A model generated the notes under the pieces. That model ran no database searches. It was not told where the DNA came from and saw only the letters and a list, made by a program, of their open reading frames with translations. The position numbers and the translations under genes were made by a program. From an uncultured Collinsella sp. (lineage in GTDB: Bacteria; Actinomycetota; Coriobacteriia; Coriobacteriales; Coriobacteriaceae), in contig CAUEUQ010000001.1 in the NCBI GenBank assembly GCA_959021215.1, positions 1 to 57,269 of the forward strand: 57,269 nt of DNA, read 5' to 3'. Below, in pieces: positions 9,232 to 19,291 of the stretch; position 1 is the stretch's first letter; each line of letters opens with the position of its first letter.

Positions 9232-9577
9232 AAACGAACCTTTCGATGTCAAATGGTAAACAACCTGCTAAAAACGTTTTACCAAACGTCAGGCTAACAA
9301 TTTTGAAACCCTAATTGGTAAAACTGTCAAGAGTTTTACCACGGCAATTCTGCCAGTGGTATAAACATGTCGCTTACCGATTAAACGCCCCCGCAAATCC
9401 GCTTTCGTCCATAAAACTAACGCACAGGTGTTATCGTAGTTTCTGCCGAAAGTTCCACCGAGCACGCGAGGTGGAACGAATCACAGAAACTTCGCCGTCC
9501 CTTCGATTCGTGCAGCCTTGGACCTTTCGCATCTAGTCACCAAGGCAACACGCTGCCGCGTCATGATGGGATCAAAC

Positions 9578-11821
9578 GTGAGCGATACAAAGCTAAAGCC
9601 AACGGCTAAAAAGCCCGCAACCCGCAAACCGGCTCCGCATGCACCGGAGCTCTCCAAGGACGATGTCTACCTGTTTGGCATTGGAATGTGGGAGCGCAGC
9701 TGGGAAAAGATGGGCGCGCATCCCGACACGCAGAACCGTACGCGCGGCTGGCGTTTTTGCGTTTGGGCGCCCGACGTAAAGAGTGTCCATGTCATTGGCG
9801 AATTTAACGACTGGGATGAGGAAGCCAACCCGCTGGTGCCCGTGCATACGAGCGCTATTTGGGAAGGCTTTATTCCTGGCGCCGAGCAGGGCCAGCTCTA
9901 TAAATATCTCATTGAGACCAACGAGGGCGAAAAGCTCTACAAGGCCGATCCATACGCCTTTAAGGCCGAGTGCCCTCCGGGTACCGCGAGCGTACTGTGG
10001 ACCCTCGATGGCTACAAGTGGAACGACGCTGCGTGGCTCAAGCGCCGCGCCGCCCACAACCACATGTCGCAGCCGCTGAACATCTACGAGGTGCATATTG
10101 GATCGTGGAAGCGCCACGGCGACGCACCCCAGGGCGACCCCGACGAGTACGGCAACTACCCCGGCCCCATGGATCCCTTCCCCGCCCAGCGCGGCGAGTT
10201 CTATACCTACGACGACCTGTCGGTGGAACTCGTGGACTACGTGCGCGACATGGGCTACACGCATATCGAGGTCATGCCGCTCATGGAGCATCCCTTCGAT
10301 GGCTCCTGGGGATACCAGACGACCGGCTACTTTGCCGCTACGTCGCGCTACGGCAACCCGCAGCAGCTCATGCACTTTATCGATGCGTGCCACGAGGCAG
10401 GCATCGGCGTGATCATGGACTGGGTGCCCGGCGGTTTTTGCGCCGACTCCCACGGTCTTGCCACCTTTAACGGCCACATGCTGTTTGAGCACGAGATTCA
10501 CCCCAACTGGGGCACGCACAAGTTTGACTTCGCCCGCGGCGAGGTCCGCTCCTTCCTGGTCTCCAACGTGCTGTATTGGCTCGAGAACTTCCACGTGGAC
10601 GGCATTCGCATGGACGGCGTGTCCAGCATGCTGTACCTCAACTTTGGCATTGACGATCCCGGCCAAAAGAAGTTCAACAAGTACGGTACCGAGGAGGACC
10701 TGGACGCCAGCGCGTTTATCCGCCAGGTCAACTGCGCCGTGGAGGCCCACTACCCCGACGTGATGATGATGGCCGAGGAGTCCACCGCGTGGCCGCTCGT
10801 GACCTATCCGCCGCAGGACGGCGGCCTGGGCTTCCACTACAAGTGGGACATGGGCTGGATGAACGACACCCTGCACTACATGCAGACCGATTTTCCGTGG
10901 CGCCCCGGCAACCACGGGCTGCTCACGTTCTCCATCATGTACGCCTTTACCGAGAACTTTATTTGCCCGCTGAGCCACGACGAGGTCGTGCACGGCAAGT
11001 GCTCGCTGATCGGCCGCATGCCGGGCGACTGGTGGCGCCAGTTTGCCGGCCTGCGCACGCTGGCTTTCTACCAGATGACGCACCCCGGTGCCAAGCTCAA
11101 CTTTATGGGCAACGAGATCGGCCAGTTTATTGAGTGGCGCTACTACGAGTCCATCCAGTGGTTCCTGACCGAGGAGTACGAGACCCACCGTCATCATCAG
11201 GCGTTTATTAAGGCGCTCAACCACCTGTACACCGACGAGCCTGCCCTGTACGAGCGCGGCTACACCGACGACGGCTTTACCTGGATCGACGCGGACAACT
11301 CCAAGCAGTCCATCGTGAGCTTTGTGCGCCAGGGCGAGGACGTCGATGACGACCTGGTGATCTTGATCAACTTTGACCCGGCGAGCTACGAGAGCTTCCG
11401 CGTGGGCGTGCCGCGCGAGGGTGACTGGGAGGTAATCTTCGACTCCGACCGTCCCGAGTTTGGCGGCAGCGGCTATGCCGGCGAGGAGCCCTACACCTGC
11501 TCGAGCGAGCCCTATCCCTGGAACGGGCAGATGGACTCCATCGAGATTAAGGTGCCTGGCCTGGCAGGCGTGGTGCTTAAGCGCCGCGGTCCCAGCAGCT
11601 ACAAGCCGCCCGTGGTCGAGGAGCCCAAGAAGGCGACGCGCAAGCGCACGTCCTCGGTGAAGCCCAAGCCCGCGGCTGCTAAGAAGGCTTCGGTTAAGGC
11701 GAAGACTGTCAAGTCTGCCGCCAAAGCTACGGCTAAGCCCAAGACCAAGAAGACAACCACTAAAAAGGCTGCTCCCAAGGCTAAGGCAGGCGCTGTTAAA
11801 GCATCTGGCAAGGATGCGTAA
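9578..11821 (+). CDS. glgB: 1,4-alpha-glucan branching enzyme with basic N- and C-terminal extensions
   Basis: FCVWAP, IYEVHIGSW, SWGYQ, GIRMDGV, AEEST, LSHDEVVHGK; start could be 9563/9566. Confidence 0.96.
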   Translation: MSDTKLKPTAKKPATRKPAPHAPELSKDDVYLFGIGMWERSWEKMGAHPDTQNRTRGWRFCVWAPDVKSVHVIGEFNDWDEEANPLVPVHTSAIWEGFIPGAEQGQLYKYLIETNEGEKLYKADPYAFKAECPPGTASVLWTLDGYKWNDAAWLKRRAAHNHMSQPLNIYEVHIGSWKRHGDAPQGDPDEYGNYPGPMDPFPAQRGEFYTYDDLSVELVDYVRDMGYTHIEVMPLMEHPFDGSWGYQTTGYFAATSRYGNPQQLMHFIDACHEAGIGVIMDWVPGGFCADSHGLATFNGHMLFEHEIHPNWGTHKFDFARGEVRSFLVSNVLYWLENFHVDGIRMDGVSSMLYLNFGIDDPGQKKFNKYGTEEDLDASAFIRQVNCAVEAHYPDVMMMAEESTAWPLVTYPPQDGGLGFHYKWDMGWMNDTLHYMQTDFPWRPGNHGLLTFSIMYAFTENFICPLSHDEVVHGKCSLIGRMPGDWWRQFAGLRTLAFYQMTHPGAKLNFMGNEIGQFIEWRYYESIQWFLTEEYETHRHHQAFIKALNHLYTDEPALYERGYTDDGFTWIDADNSKQSIVSFVRQGEDVDDDLVILINFDPASYESFRVGVPREGDWEVIFDSDRPEFGGSGYAGEEPYTCSSEPYPWNGQMDSIEIKVPGLAGVVLKRRGPSSYKPPVVEEPKKATRKRTSSVKPKPAAAKKASVKAKTVKSAAKATAKPKTKKTTTKKAAPKAKAGAVKASGKDA

Positions 11822-11914
11822 CAAAAGCGTTACCACTGTAATTACCCGCCCCGCGGGGGCGTAGGATACATGTCACAACCGTTCCGGGAGAAACATCCCC
11901 GGGGGAAGGAACGT

Positions 11915-14341
11915 ATGAATAAGATCTTCGACAACAAGCAGGAGTTTACCGAGCTCTATCGCGATTCCGTCATGAGCATCAGCGGCAAGAGCGTCGAGGC
12001 CGCCAGTGACCTCGACCGCTTTAACGCCCTGGCCAAGCTCGTGGCCGAGAAGGCACGCACCGTTGCCACCAAGAGCGACGCCCGCGCCACCGCCGAGGGC
12101 AAGAAGCGCGTGTACTACTTCTCGATCGAGTTTTTGATCGGCCGCCTGCTTGACAACTACCTGCTTAACTTTGGCGTGCGCGATATGGTCGCCGAAGCGC
12201 TCAACGACATGGGCTTCGACCTTTCCGTCATCGAAAACCAGGAGCCCGATCCGGCGCTGGGCAACGGTGGCCTGGGCCGTCTGGCCGCGTGCTTCCTGGA
12301 TTCCATGGCAGCCGAGGGCATTGCCGGCTACGGCAACGGCATGCGCTACCGCTACGGCCTGTTTAAGCAAGAGATCGTCAACGGCAGCCAGGTCGAGGCC
12401 ACCGACGAGTGGCTCACCCACGGCTATCCCTGGGAGGTCCGCCGTCAGGACAAGGCCGTGACCATCAAGTTTGGTGGCCACGTCGAGGGCTTTGAGGAGA
12501 ACGGCCGCACGTTCTACCGCACGGTGGACACGCAGGATATCCTGGCCGTCCCCTATGACATCCCCGTTGTGGGCTATGCCGGCGAGACCGTCAACAAGCT
12601 GCGCGTCTGGGCTGCTGAGCCGGTCGAGGAGCACTTCGATCTGGAGGCCTTCAACCGCGGCGACTATGCTCTGGCCGATGCCGAGCGCGCCGAGGCCGAG
12701 GCTATCAGCGCCATCCTCTACCCCAACGACGCCGGCGAGCACGGCCGTCTGCTGCGCCTGAAGCAGGAGTACCTGTTTGTCTCGGCCGGCATCTACAGCC
12801 TGCTCGACACCTTTGAGAAGGAGCACGGCGCGAACTGGGAGCTGCTGCCGCAGTTCGTGGCTATCCACACCAACGATACCCACCCCGCCATGTGCGGCCC
12901 CGAGCTCATGCGCATCCTCATCGACGAGAAGAAGCTCGAGTGGGATGACGCCTGGAACATCGTGACGCAGGTCGTGAGCTACACCAACCACACCATCCTG
13001 CCCGAAGCCCTGGAGAAGTGGCCCATTGGCACGTTCTCTAAGCTCCTCCCCCGCGTGTACCAGATCATCGACGAGATCAGCCGTCGTTGGCACGAGTCGT
13101 TCGACACCACCCAGGAGGGCTGGCAGGAGCGTTTGCGCCAGACCGCCATCCTGTGGGACGGCGAAATTCGCATGGCCAACCTGTCCGTGATCTGCAGCCA
13201 CAGCGTCAACGGCGTGGCCAAGATCCACTCCGACATCATCAAGAACATTGTGCTCAAGGACTTCTATGCCCTGACGCCCGAAAAGTTCAACAACAAGACC
13301 AACGGCATCTCGCACCGTCGCTTCTTTGCCGAGGCCAACCCCACCTACGCCAAGCTCGTGACCGAGGCCATTGGCGACGGCTGGCTGAAGGACGCCTTTG
13401 AGCTGGAGAAACTCAAGGAGTTTAAGGACGACACCGAGTTCCTGAAGGCCGTGGGTGCCTCCAAGCGCGCCAACAAGGAGCGCCTGGCCGCCTACGTTAA
13501 GGCCGAGACCGGTCTGGTCATCGACCCCAACACCGTCTTCGATGTCCAGGTCAAGCGCTTCCATGCCTACAAGCGCCAGCTCATGAACATCATGAAGGTG
13601 ATGGACATATACAACCGTCGCATCGCCGATCCCAACTTCCACGTGACGCCGACGACCTTCATCTTTAGCGGCAAGGCTGCCTCGAGCTACACCTTTGCCA
13701 AGGAGACCATCCGCCTCATTAACTCCGTGGCCGATGTCATCAACAACGACCCGCGCGTCAACGAGGTCATGAAGGTCTGCTTTATCCCCAACTTCCGTGT
13801 GAGCAACGCCCAGCTCATCTACCCCGCCGCCGAGATCTCGGAGCAGATTTCCACGGCCGGCAAGGAGGCCTCGGGCACGTCCAACATGAAGCTCATGATG
13901 AACGGCGCCATTACGCTGGGTACCCTCGACGGCGCCAACATCGAGATCGCCGACCTGGCCGGTCGCGAGAACGAGGCCATCTTTGGCCTGACCGCCCCCG
14001 AGGTCGAGCAGCTCTGGGCATCCAACAGCTACTTTGCGTGGGATACCCTCAACGGCGACCGCGAGCGTCTGGGTCGCGTGATGGACGAGCTCAAGGACAA
14101 CACCTTTGCGGGTCTTTCGGGCAACTTCGAGAGCATCTACAACGAGCTCATGAACAACAACGACCCCGACCTGGTCATGGCCGACTTCCGTAGCTACGTG
14201 GATGCGTGGGAGAAGCTCACGAACAGCTATGGTGACCACGAGACCTGGAACCGCAAGGCGCTGCTCAACACCGCCTCCTCGGGCTGGTTCTCGAGCGACC
14301 GCACCATTCGCGAGTACCGTGACGAGATCTGGCACGCGTAA
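11915..14341 (+). CDS. glgP: Glycogen/starch phosphorylase
   Basis: LGNGGLGRLAACFLDS, HTNDTHP, KEASGTSNMK PLP site, FSSDRTI; ATG 11915 after AAGGA. Confidence 0.96.
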   Translation: MNKIFDNKQEFTELYRDSVMSISGKSVEAASDLDRFNALAKLVAEKARTVATKSDARATAEGKKRVYYFSIEFLIGRLLDNYLLNFGVRDMVAEALNDMGFDLSVIENQEPDPALGNGGLGRLAACFLDSMAAEGIAGYGNGMRYRYGLFKQEIVNGSQVEATDEWLTHGYPWEVRRQDKAVTIKFGGHVEGFEENGRTFYRTVDTQDILAVPYDIPVVGYAGETVNKLRVWAAEPVEEHFDLEAFNRGDYALADAERAEAEAISAILYPNDAGEHGRLLRLKQEYLFVSAGIYSLLDTFEKEHGANWELLPQFVAIHTNDTHPAMCGPELMRILIDEKKLEWDDAWNIVTQVVSYTNHTILPEALEKWPIGTFSKLLPRVYQIIDEISRRWHESFDTTQEGWQERLRQTAILWDGEIRMANLSVICSHSVNGVAKIHSDIIKNIVLKDFYALTPEKFNNKTNGISHRRFFAEANPTYAKLVTEAIGDGWLKDAFELEKLKEFKDDTEFLKAVGASKRANKERLAAYVKAETGLVIDPNTVFDVQVKRFHAYKRQLMNIMKVMDIYNRRIADPNFHVTPTTFIFSGKAASSYTFAKETIRLINSVADVINNDPRVNEVMKVCFIPNFRVSNAQLIYPAAEISEQISTAGKEASGTSNMKLMMNGAITLGTLDGANIEIADLAGRENEAIFGLTAPEVEQLWASNSYFAWDTLNGDRERLGRVMDELKDNTFAGLSGNFESIYNELMNNNDPDLVMADFRSYVDAWEKLTNSYGDHETWNRKALLNTASSGWFSSDRTIREYRDEIWHA

Positions 14342-14448
14342 AGGCCGCGAGCTCCCTTATGCCAGCACGGCATTACTCGACGGGCGTGACGTTGCGCCGC
14401 GCCCGTCGCTAATGGGTTTAGGAACATCGATGACAGAAGGAGAAATCG

Positions 14449-15597
14449 ATGAGTAAGAAAGAATGCATCGCGATGCTCCTCGCAGGAGGACAGGGCAGCC
14501 GATTGGGGGCACTCACCCAAAAGATCGCTAAGCCGGCGGTTAGCTTTGGTGGCAAGTTCCGCATTATCGACTTTTCGCTCTCCAACTGCTCCAACTCGGG
14601 CATCGACACGGTGGGTGTTCTGACGCAGTATCGCCCCTACCTGCTGCATGCCTATGTGGGCTCCGGCGAGGCGTGGGATCTGGACAGCCGTGACGGCGGC
14701 GTGTCGATCCTGCCGCCGTACGAGACACAGACCGGCGGCGCCTGGTATGCGGGCACGGCCGACGCCATTACGCAGAACCTGGACTACATCAAGGCCAACG
14801 ACCCCAAGTACGTCCTGATTCTTTCGGGCGATCACCTGTATCGCATGGACTACCGCAAGATGCTCAAGACGCACATTGAGAACAATGCCGACCTCACGGT
14901 GAGCGTTATGCCCGTGCCGTGGGAGGAGGCCAGCCGCTTTGGCATCCTGACCACCGATCCCGAGGACGGCCGCATCACCAAATTCACCGAGAAGCCCGAT
15001 AAGCCCGATTCGAACCTCGCTTCCATGGGCATCTACATCTTCTCGGCCGACGTGCTGATCGAGGCGCTCGAGGAGGACGCTCTGGACCAGCGCTCGAGCC
15101 ACGACTTTGGCAAGGACATCATCCCCAAGCTGCTCGGCGAGAACAAGCGCCTGTACAGCTACGAGTTCCACGGCTTTTGGAAGGACGTCGGCACCATCGC
15201 CAGCTTCCACGAGACCTCGATGGACCTGCTGGGCAACAACCCCGAGTTCGATCTGTTCGACAAGCACTTCCCCATCATGTCCAACATCACCACGCGTCCG
15301 CCGCACTACATTGGTCCGGATGGTCGCTTGGACGACTGCCTGGTCTCTAACGGCTGCAAGATCTACGGTACCGCTCGCCACTCGATCCTTTCGACCGATG
15401 TCATCATCGAGGAGCGCGCCGTGGTCGAGGACTCCGTGCTGCTGCCGGGTGCGCACGTTAAGAGCGGCGCGCATATCTGCCGCGCAATTTTGGGCGAGAA
15501 CTCCACGGTCGAAGAGGGCGTGAAGCTCGGCTCTGTCGATACCACCAAGGATACGGCCGTCGTTGGAAATGACGTCGTTATCGGGAAGGGGGAATGA
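14449..15597 (+). CDS. glgC: Glucose-1-phosphate adenylyltransferase
   Basis: [38 protein letters not shown]. Confidence 0.96.
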   Translation: MSKKECIAMLLAGGQGSRLGALTQKIAKPAVSFGGKFRIIDFSLSNCSNSGIDTVGVLTQYRPYLLHAYVGSGEAWDLDSRDGGVSILPPYETQTGGAWYAGTADAITQNLDYIKANDPKYVLILSGDHLYRMDYRKMLKTHIENNADLTVSVMPVPWEEASRFGILTTDPEDGRITKFTEKPDKPDSNLASMGIYIFSADVLIEALEEDALDQRSSHDFGKDIIPKLLGENKRLYSYEFHGFWKDVGTIASFHETSMDLLGNNPEFDLFDKHFPIMSNITTRPPHYIGPDGRLDDCLVSNGCKIYGTARHSILSTDVIIEERAVVEDSVLLPGAHVKSGAHICRAILGENSTVEEGVKLGSVDTTKDTAVVGNDVVIGKGE

Positions 15598-15601
15598 TCC
15601 G

Positions 15602-16729
15602 ATGATCAATCGCAAGGCCATCGGTTATATCACCGCTAACTACTCTTCGACCTACGGCAGCGTGCTGCTCAAGGACCGCCCCATCGCGTCCGTTCCGTTT
15701 TTGGGCCGCTACCGCCTGATCGACTTTCCGCTGTCCAACATGATGAATGCCGGCATTAAAACTGTCGGTGTCGTTATGCCGGGCAACTACCGCTCGCTGA
15801 TTGACCACGTGGGCTCGGGCAAGGACTGGGGCCTGGACCGCAAGAAGGGCGGCCTGTTCATGGTGCCCGGCAACGCGTATGGCACCACCAAGGGCGGCAT
15901 GCGCTTCCTGCTGCGCGATATCATCTCTAACAAGACGCTGTTCCAGCGCTCGGACAAGCCCTATGTCGTGATGATGGGCACCAACATCATCTTTAACATG
16001 GACCTCAACACCATCATCGAGGCGCACGAGAACTCCGGTGCCCAGATGACCGTGGTGTACTGCAAGGCCACGCGCAACGTCGATGACGAGACCAAACTCG
16101 AAATTAACGAGAACGGTCGCCTGACGGGCGTGAGCGCCGGCGTCGTGTACGGCGACAACGCCTCTATGGACTGCTGCATCGTCAACCGCGAGACGCTGCT
16201 CGAGATCATCGATCACTACCAGGCAGCCGACTATCTGGACCTGCTCGAGGCACTCCAAGGCGACTTTGGCAACATCGACGTGTGCAGCTACGAGTACAAG
16301 GGCGAGGTCGTGGGCGTGTTTAGCGAGAAGTCGCTGTATCGCCGCAGCATGGACCTGCTCGACCAGACCGTGGCCGACCAGCTCTTTGACCCCGAGCGCC
16401 CAATCCTGACCAAGGCTCACGACGTGCCGCCTTCGCGCTATGCGACCGGCAGCCACGCGTGCAACTCGATCATCTCGGCCGGCTGCATCATCAAGGGCAC
16501 CGTGCGTAACTCGATCCTGTCGCGCGGCGTTGTGGTCGAAGAGGGCGCTTCGGTGACCAATTCGATCATCAACCAGAGCTGTGTCATCAAGAGCGGTGCA
16601 CGAGTTGAGAACGCCATTCTGGACAAGAACAACGTGGTTCCCATCAACACCGAGCTTCGAGGCACGCCCGAGAACATCCTGGTGCTGGGCAAGGCTCCGT
16701 TAACTTCCGACACAACCATCGTACGTTAA
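15602..16729 (+). CDS. glgD: ADP-glucose pyrophosphorylase subunit GlgD
   Basis: RPIASVPFLGRYRLIDFPLSN, HVGSGKDWGLDRK; follows glgC. Confidence 0.93.
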   Translation: MINRKAIGYITANYSSTYGSVLLKDRPIASVPFLGRYRLIDFPLSNMMNAGIKTVGVVMPGNYRSLIDHVGSGKDWGLDRKKGGLFMVPGNAYGTTKGGMRFLLRDIISNKTLFQRSDKPYVVMMGTNIIFNMDLNTIIEAHENSGAQMTVVYCKATRNVDDETKLEINENGRLTGVSAGVVYGDNASMDCCIVNRETLLEIIDHYQAADYLDLLEALQGDFGNIDVCSYEYKGEVVGVFSEKSLYRRSMDLLDQTVADQLFDPERPILTKAHDVPPSRYATGSHACNSIISAGCIIKGTVRNSILSRGVVVEEGASVTNSIINQSCVIKSGARVENAILDKNNVVPINTELRGTPENILVLGKAPLTSDTTIVR

Positions 16730-16760
16730 CGTTGGCACCGCAACATCGCTCGTAACAGGT

Positions 16761-16796
16761 AGAATAGCCGCCCGGTTAGCGCCAGGCGGCTATTCT
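16761..16796. terminator. Stem-loop between glgD and glgA
   Basis: AGAATAGCCGCC...GGCGGCTATTCT 12-bp inverted repeat, no long U-tract. Confidence 0.5.
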
Positions 16797-16819
16797 CGAA
16801 TTGCAACATGGGAGACAAT

Positions 16820-19210
16820 ATGGCAGATTCCAGCAAAAAGATGCAGATCGTGTTTGCCTCGGCCGAGTGCGCACCGTTTGTTAAGACCGGTGGCCTGGGC
16901 GACGTGGCGGGCTCGCTGCCTGCGGCGCTCGTGCGCGCCGGCGCCGAAGTCATTGTGATGGTGCCCAAGTACGCCACCATCAAGGATGAGTACAAGGCGC
17001 AGATGGAGCACTTTTCCGACTTTTACGTGAGCCTGGGCTGGCGCAACGAGTACTGCGGGCTGGAGAAGCTCGAGCACGACGGCGTCACCTATATGTTCGT
17101 GGACAACGAGCGCTACTTTGCGCGCGATTATCCGTACGGCTTCTTCGACGACGGCGAGCGCTTCGCGTTCTTCTCCAAGGCCATTACCGAGAGCCTGCAG
17201 CACCTGCCCGAGGGCTTTGAGTGCGACATCCTGCACTGTAACGACTGGCAGACGGCACTGGCGCCCGTGTTCTTGCGCGAGTTCTACCAGGGCCTGCCGC
17301 TGTACGACCGCGTCAAGACTGTGTTCTCGATCCACAACGTGGCGTTCCAGGGCCAGTTTAGCGACACCGTGATGGAGGACATCCTGGGAGTGGCGCATAT
17401 TCCCGCGGCCGCCACGCAGTTGCGCTGCGACGCCTGCAGCATCAACTACATGCTGGGCGCGCTGCACTATGCCGACGCCATCACCACGGTGAGCCCCACC
17501 TACGCGAGCGAGATCCAGACGCCCGAGTTTGGCGAGGGCCTGGACGGCGTACTGCGCGAGCGTTCCTACGCGCTGCAGGGCATCCTCAACGGCATTGACG
17601 TGGCGGCCTTTGACCCGGCAACCGACAAGCGCATTGCCGCCAACTACACGGTTGACGACCGTTCCGGCAAGGCCGTGTGCAAGGCCAAGCTGCAGGAGGA
17701 ACTGGGGCTCGAGGTGCGCGACGACCGCCCGCTTATGGTGATGGTCACGCGCCTGACGCGCCAGAAGGGCATGGACCTGGTCATGTACGCGCTCGACCGC
17801 ATCCTGTCCGGCGGCGTTCAGGTGGCCGTGCTGGGCACCGGCGACCGCGACTACGAGGACGGTCTGCGCTACTTCCAGGACAAGTACCCCGGCACCATGG
17901 CCGCGCGCATCGAGTTCGATCCGGCGCTGTCGCAGCGCATGTACGCTGCCGCCGATATGTTCCTGATGCCTTCGAAGTTTGAGCCCTGCGGCCTGTCGCA
18001 GATCATCGCCATGCGCTACGGCACCCTGCCCATCGTGCGCGAGACCGGTGGCCTGAAGGACACCGTGCAGCCGTACAACGAGTTTACCGGCGAGGGCACG
18101 GGCTTCTCGTTTACCAACTTTAACGGCGACGAGATGGGCGACGCGGTGTTCCGCGCAGCACGCCTGTTCTGGGATAACCGTGAGGCATGGAACCAGCTAG
18201 TCACGCAGGCCATGAGCCAGGACTTTAGCTGGACGCGTTCGGCCGACAAGTATCTGGACCTGTACTTCTTTATGCACCCGGAGATTGAGCGCCCGGCGGC
18301 TGTGGAGGCTGCCACGGCCATAGAGGAGCCGGTTGCTGATGAGGCCGAGCCTGCGGCGCCCGTTAAGGAGCCCGCTGCTGAGGAGCCCAAGGTCGAGGAG
18401 AAGCCGGTTGAAGCTAAGCCCGTTAAGGCCGATCCTGAGGTGAAGGTCGAGGCTGCTCCCGAGCCCGAGCCTGAGGTGAAGCCCGCTGCGAAGCCTGCCA
18501 CCAAAAAGACGACGGCTCGCAAGACGACGGCTCGCAAGACGACGGCTAAGAAGGCTACGACCACGAAGGCCGCTGCGAGCAAGACCACCGCTGCCAAGGC
18601 AACTACTGCCAAGGCATCGACCACGCGCAAGCGCACGACCGCCGCTGCCAAGAAGGCCAACGAGGTCGAGGCTGCTCCCGAGGTAAAGGCCGCCGCCGAG
18701 GCTAAGCCTGCGGCAAAGGCTCCGGCCAAGACCGCTGCCAAGAAGACGGCTGCAACCACCAAGAAGGCAACGGCAGCCAAGAAGACCACGGCTACGAAGT
18801 CGACGACGGCCAAGGCCGCTACGACGAAGGCCGCCGCGAAGACGGCCCCGAAGGCTACTGCAAAGCCGGCCGCCAAAGTCGAGGAGACGCCCGCTGAGTC
18901 TAAGGATGAGGCAGCTGTCGAGGCAAAGCCGGCCGCCAAGACCACCACGCGCAAACGCGCCGCGACGACGGCCAAGAAGACCACGACCAAGGCTGCAGCT
19001 CCCAAGGCAGAGGGTAAGGCCGAGGACAAGCCCGCAGTAAAGGCCGAGCCGACTCCGAAGGCTGCCGAGGTTAAGGCCGCTCCCAAGACTAAGGCAAAGA
19101 CCGAGCCCGCCAAGGAGACCCCGGTCTCCCCCGCCGTTTCGGCCGAGGAAAAGGCTCCGACCAAGAAGACCTCCGTCCGCAAGGCAACGGCCGCCCGCAA
19201 GCGCCGCTAA
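16820..19210 (+). CDS. glgA: Glycogen synthase with ~310-aa low-complexity Ala/Lys/Thr/Pro/Glu tail
   Basis: KTGGLGDV, HCNDWQT, PSKFEPCGL, RETGGLKDTV; GT5 core ends near 18280; GGAGA before ATG 16820. Confidence 0.95.
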   Translation: MADSSKKMQIVFASAECAPFVKTGGLGDVAGSLPAALVRAGAEVIVMVPKYATIKDEYKAQMEHFSDFYVSLGWRNEYCGLEKLEHDGVTYMFVDNERYFARDYPYGFFDDGERFAFFSKAITESLQHLPEGFECDILHCNDWQTALAPVFLREFYQGLPLYDRVKTVFSIHNVAFQGQFSDTVMEDILGVAHIPAAATQLRCDACSINYMLGALHYADAITTVSPTYASEIQTPEFGEGLDGVLRERSYALQGILNGIDVAAFDPATDKRIAANYTVDDRSGKAVCKAKLQEELGLEVRDDRPLMVMVTRLTRQKGMDLVMYALDRILSGGVQVAVLGTGDRDYEDGLRYFQDKYPGTMAARIEFDPALSQRMYAAADMFLMPSKFEPCGLSQIIAMRYGTLPIVRETGGLKDTVQPYNEFTGEGTGFSFTNFNGDEMGDAVFRAARLFWDNREAWNQLVTQAMSQDFSWTRSADKYLDLYFFMHPEIERPAAVEAATAIEEPVADEAEPAAPVKEPAAEEPKVEEKPVEAKPVKADPEVKVEAAPEPEPEVKPAAKPATKKTTARKTTARKTTAKKATTTKAAASKTTAAKATTAKASTTRKRTTAAAKKANEVEAAPEVKAAAEAKPAAKAPAKTAAKKTAATTKKATAAKKTTATKSTTAKAATTKAAAKTAPKATAKPAAKVEETPAESKDEAAVEAKPAAKTTTRKRAATTAKKTTTKAAAPKAEGKAEDKPAVKAEPTPKAAEVKAAPKTKAKTEPAKETPVSPAVSAEEKAPTKKTSVRKATAARKRR
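18506..18547 (+). repeat. 15-bp tandem repeat (KTTAR) in glgA tail
   Basis: AAGACGACGGCTCGC x2 plus AAGACGACGGCT. Confidence 0.9.
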
Positions 19211-19233
19211 TCCGGACGATTAAAACTAAATCC

Positions 19234-19280
19234 TCAACGCAAAAGAGGGCGCCCCAACCAGGCGCCCTCTTTTGCGTTGA
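19234..19280. terminator. Bidirectional intrinsic terminator after glgA
   Basis: 20-bp perfect IR TCAACGCAAAAGAGGGCGCC / GGCGCCCTCTTTTGCGTTGA. Confidence 0.85.
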
Positions 19281-19291
19281 ACTTCGCATTA

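Noticed and set aside
9593..14335. Long antisense ORFs (747 aa, 820 aa) over glgB and glgP, and similar ones over wecB, malQ, priA, gltX and cob genes
   Set aside because: Shadow frames expected from high-GC codon bias; no recognisable motifs, and they mirror well-supported genes
14378..14409. Hairpin CGACGGGCG...CGCCCGTCG between glgP and glgC
   Set aside because: Looks like an ordinary intra-operon stem-loop; no U-tract and no other copies seen
18016..19200. 394-aa hydrophobic Ala/Val/Leu ORF on the minus strand
   Set aside because: Reverse complement of the glgA Lys/Thr/Ala tail
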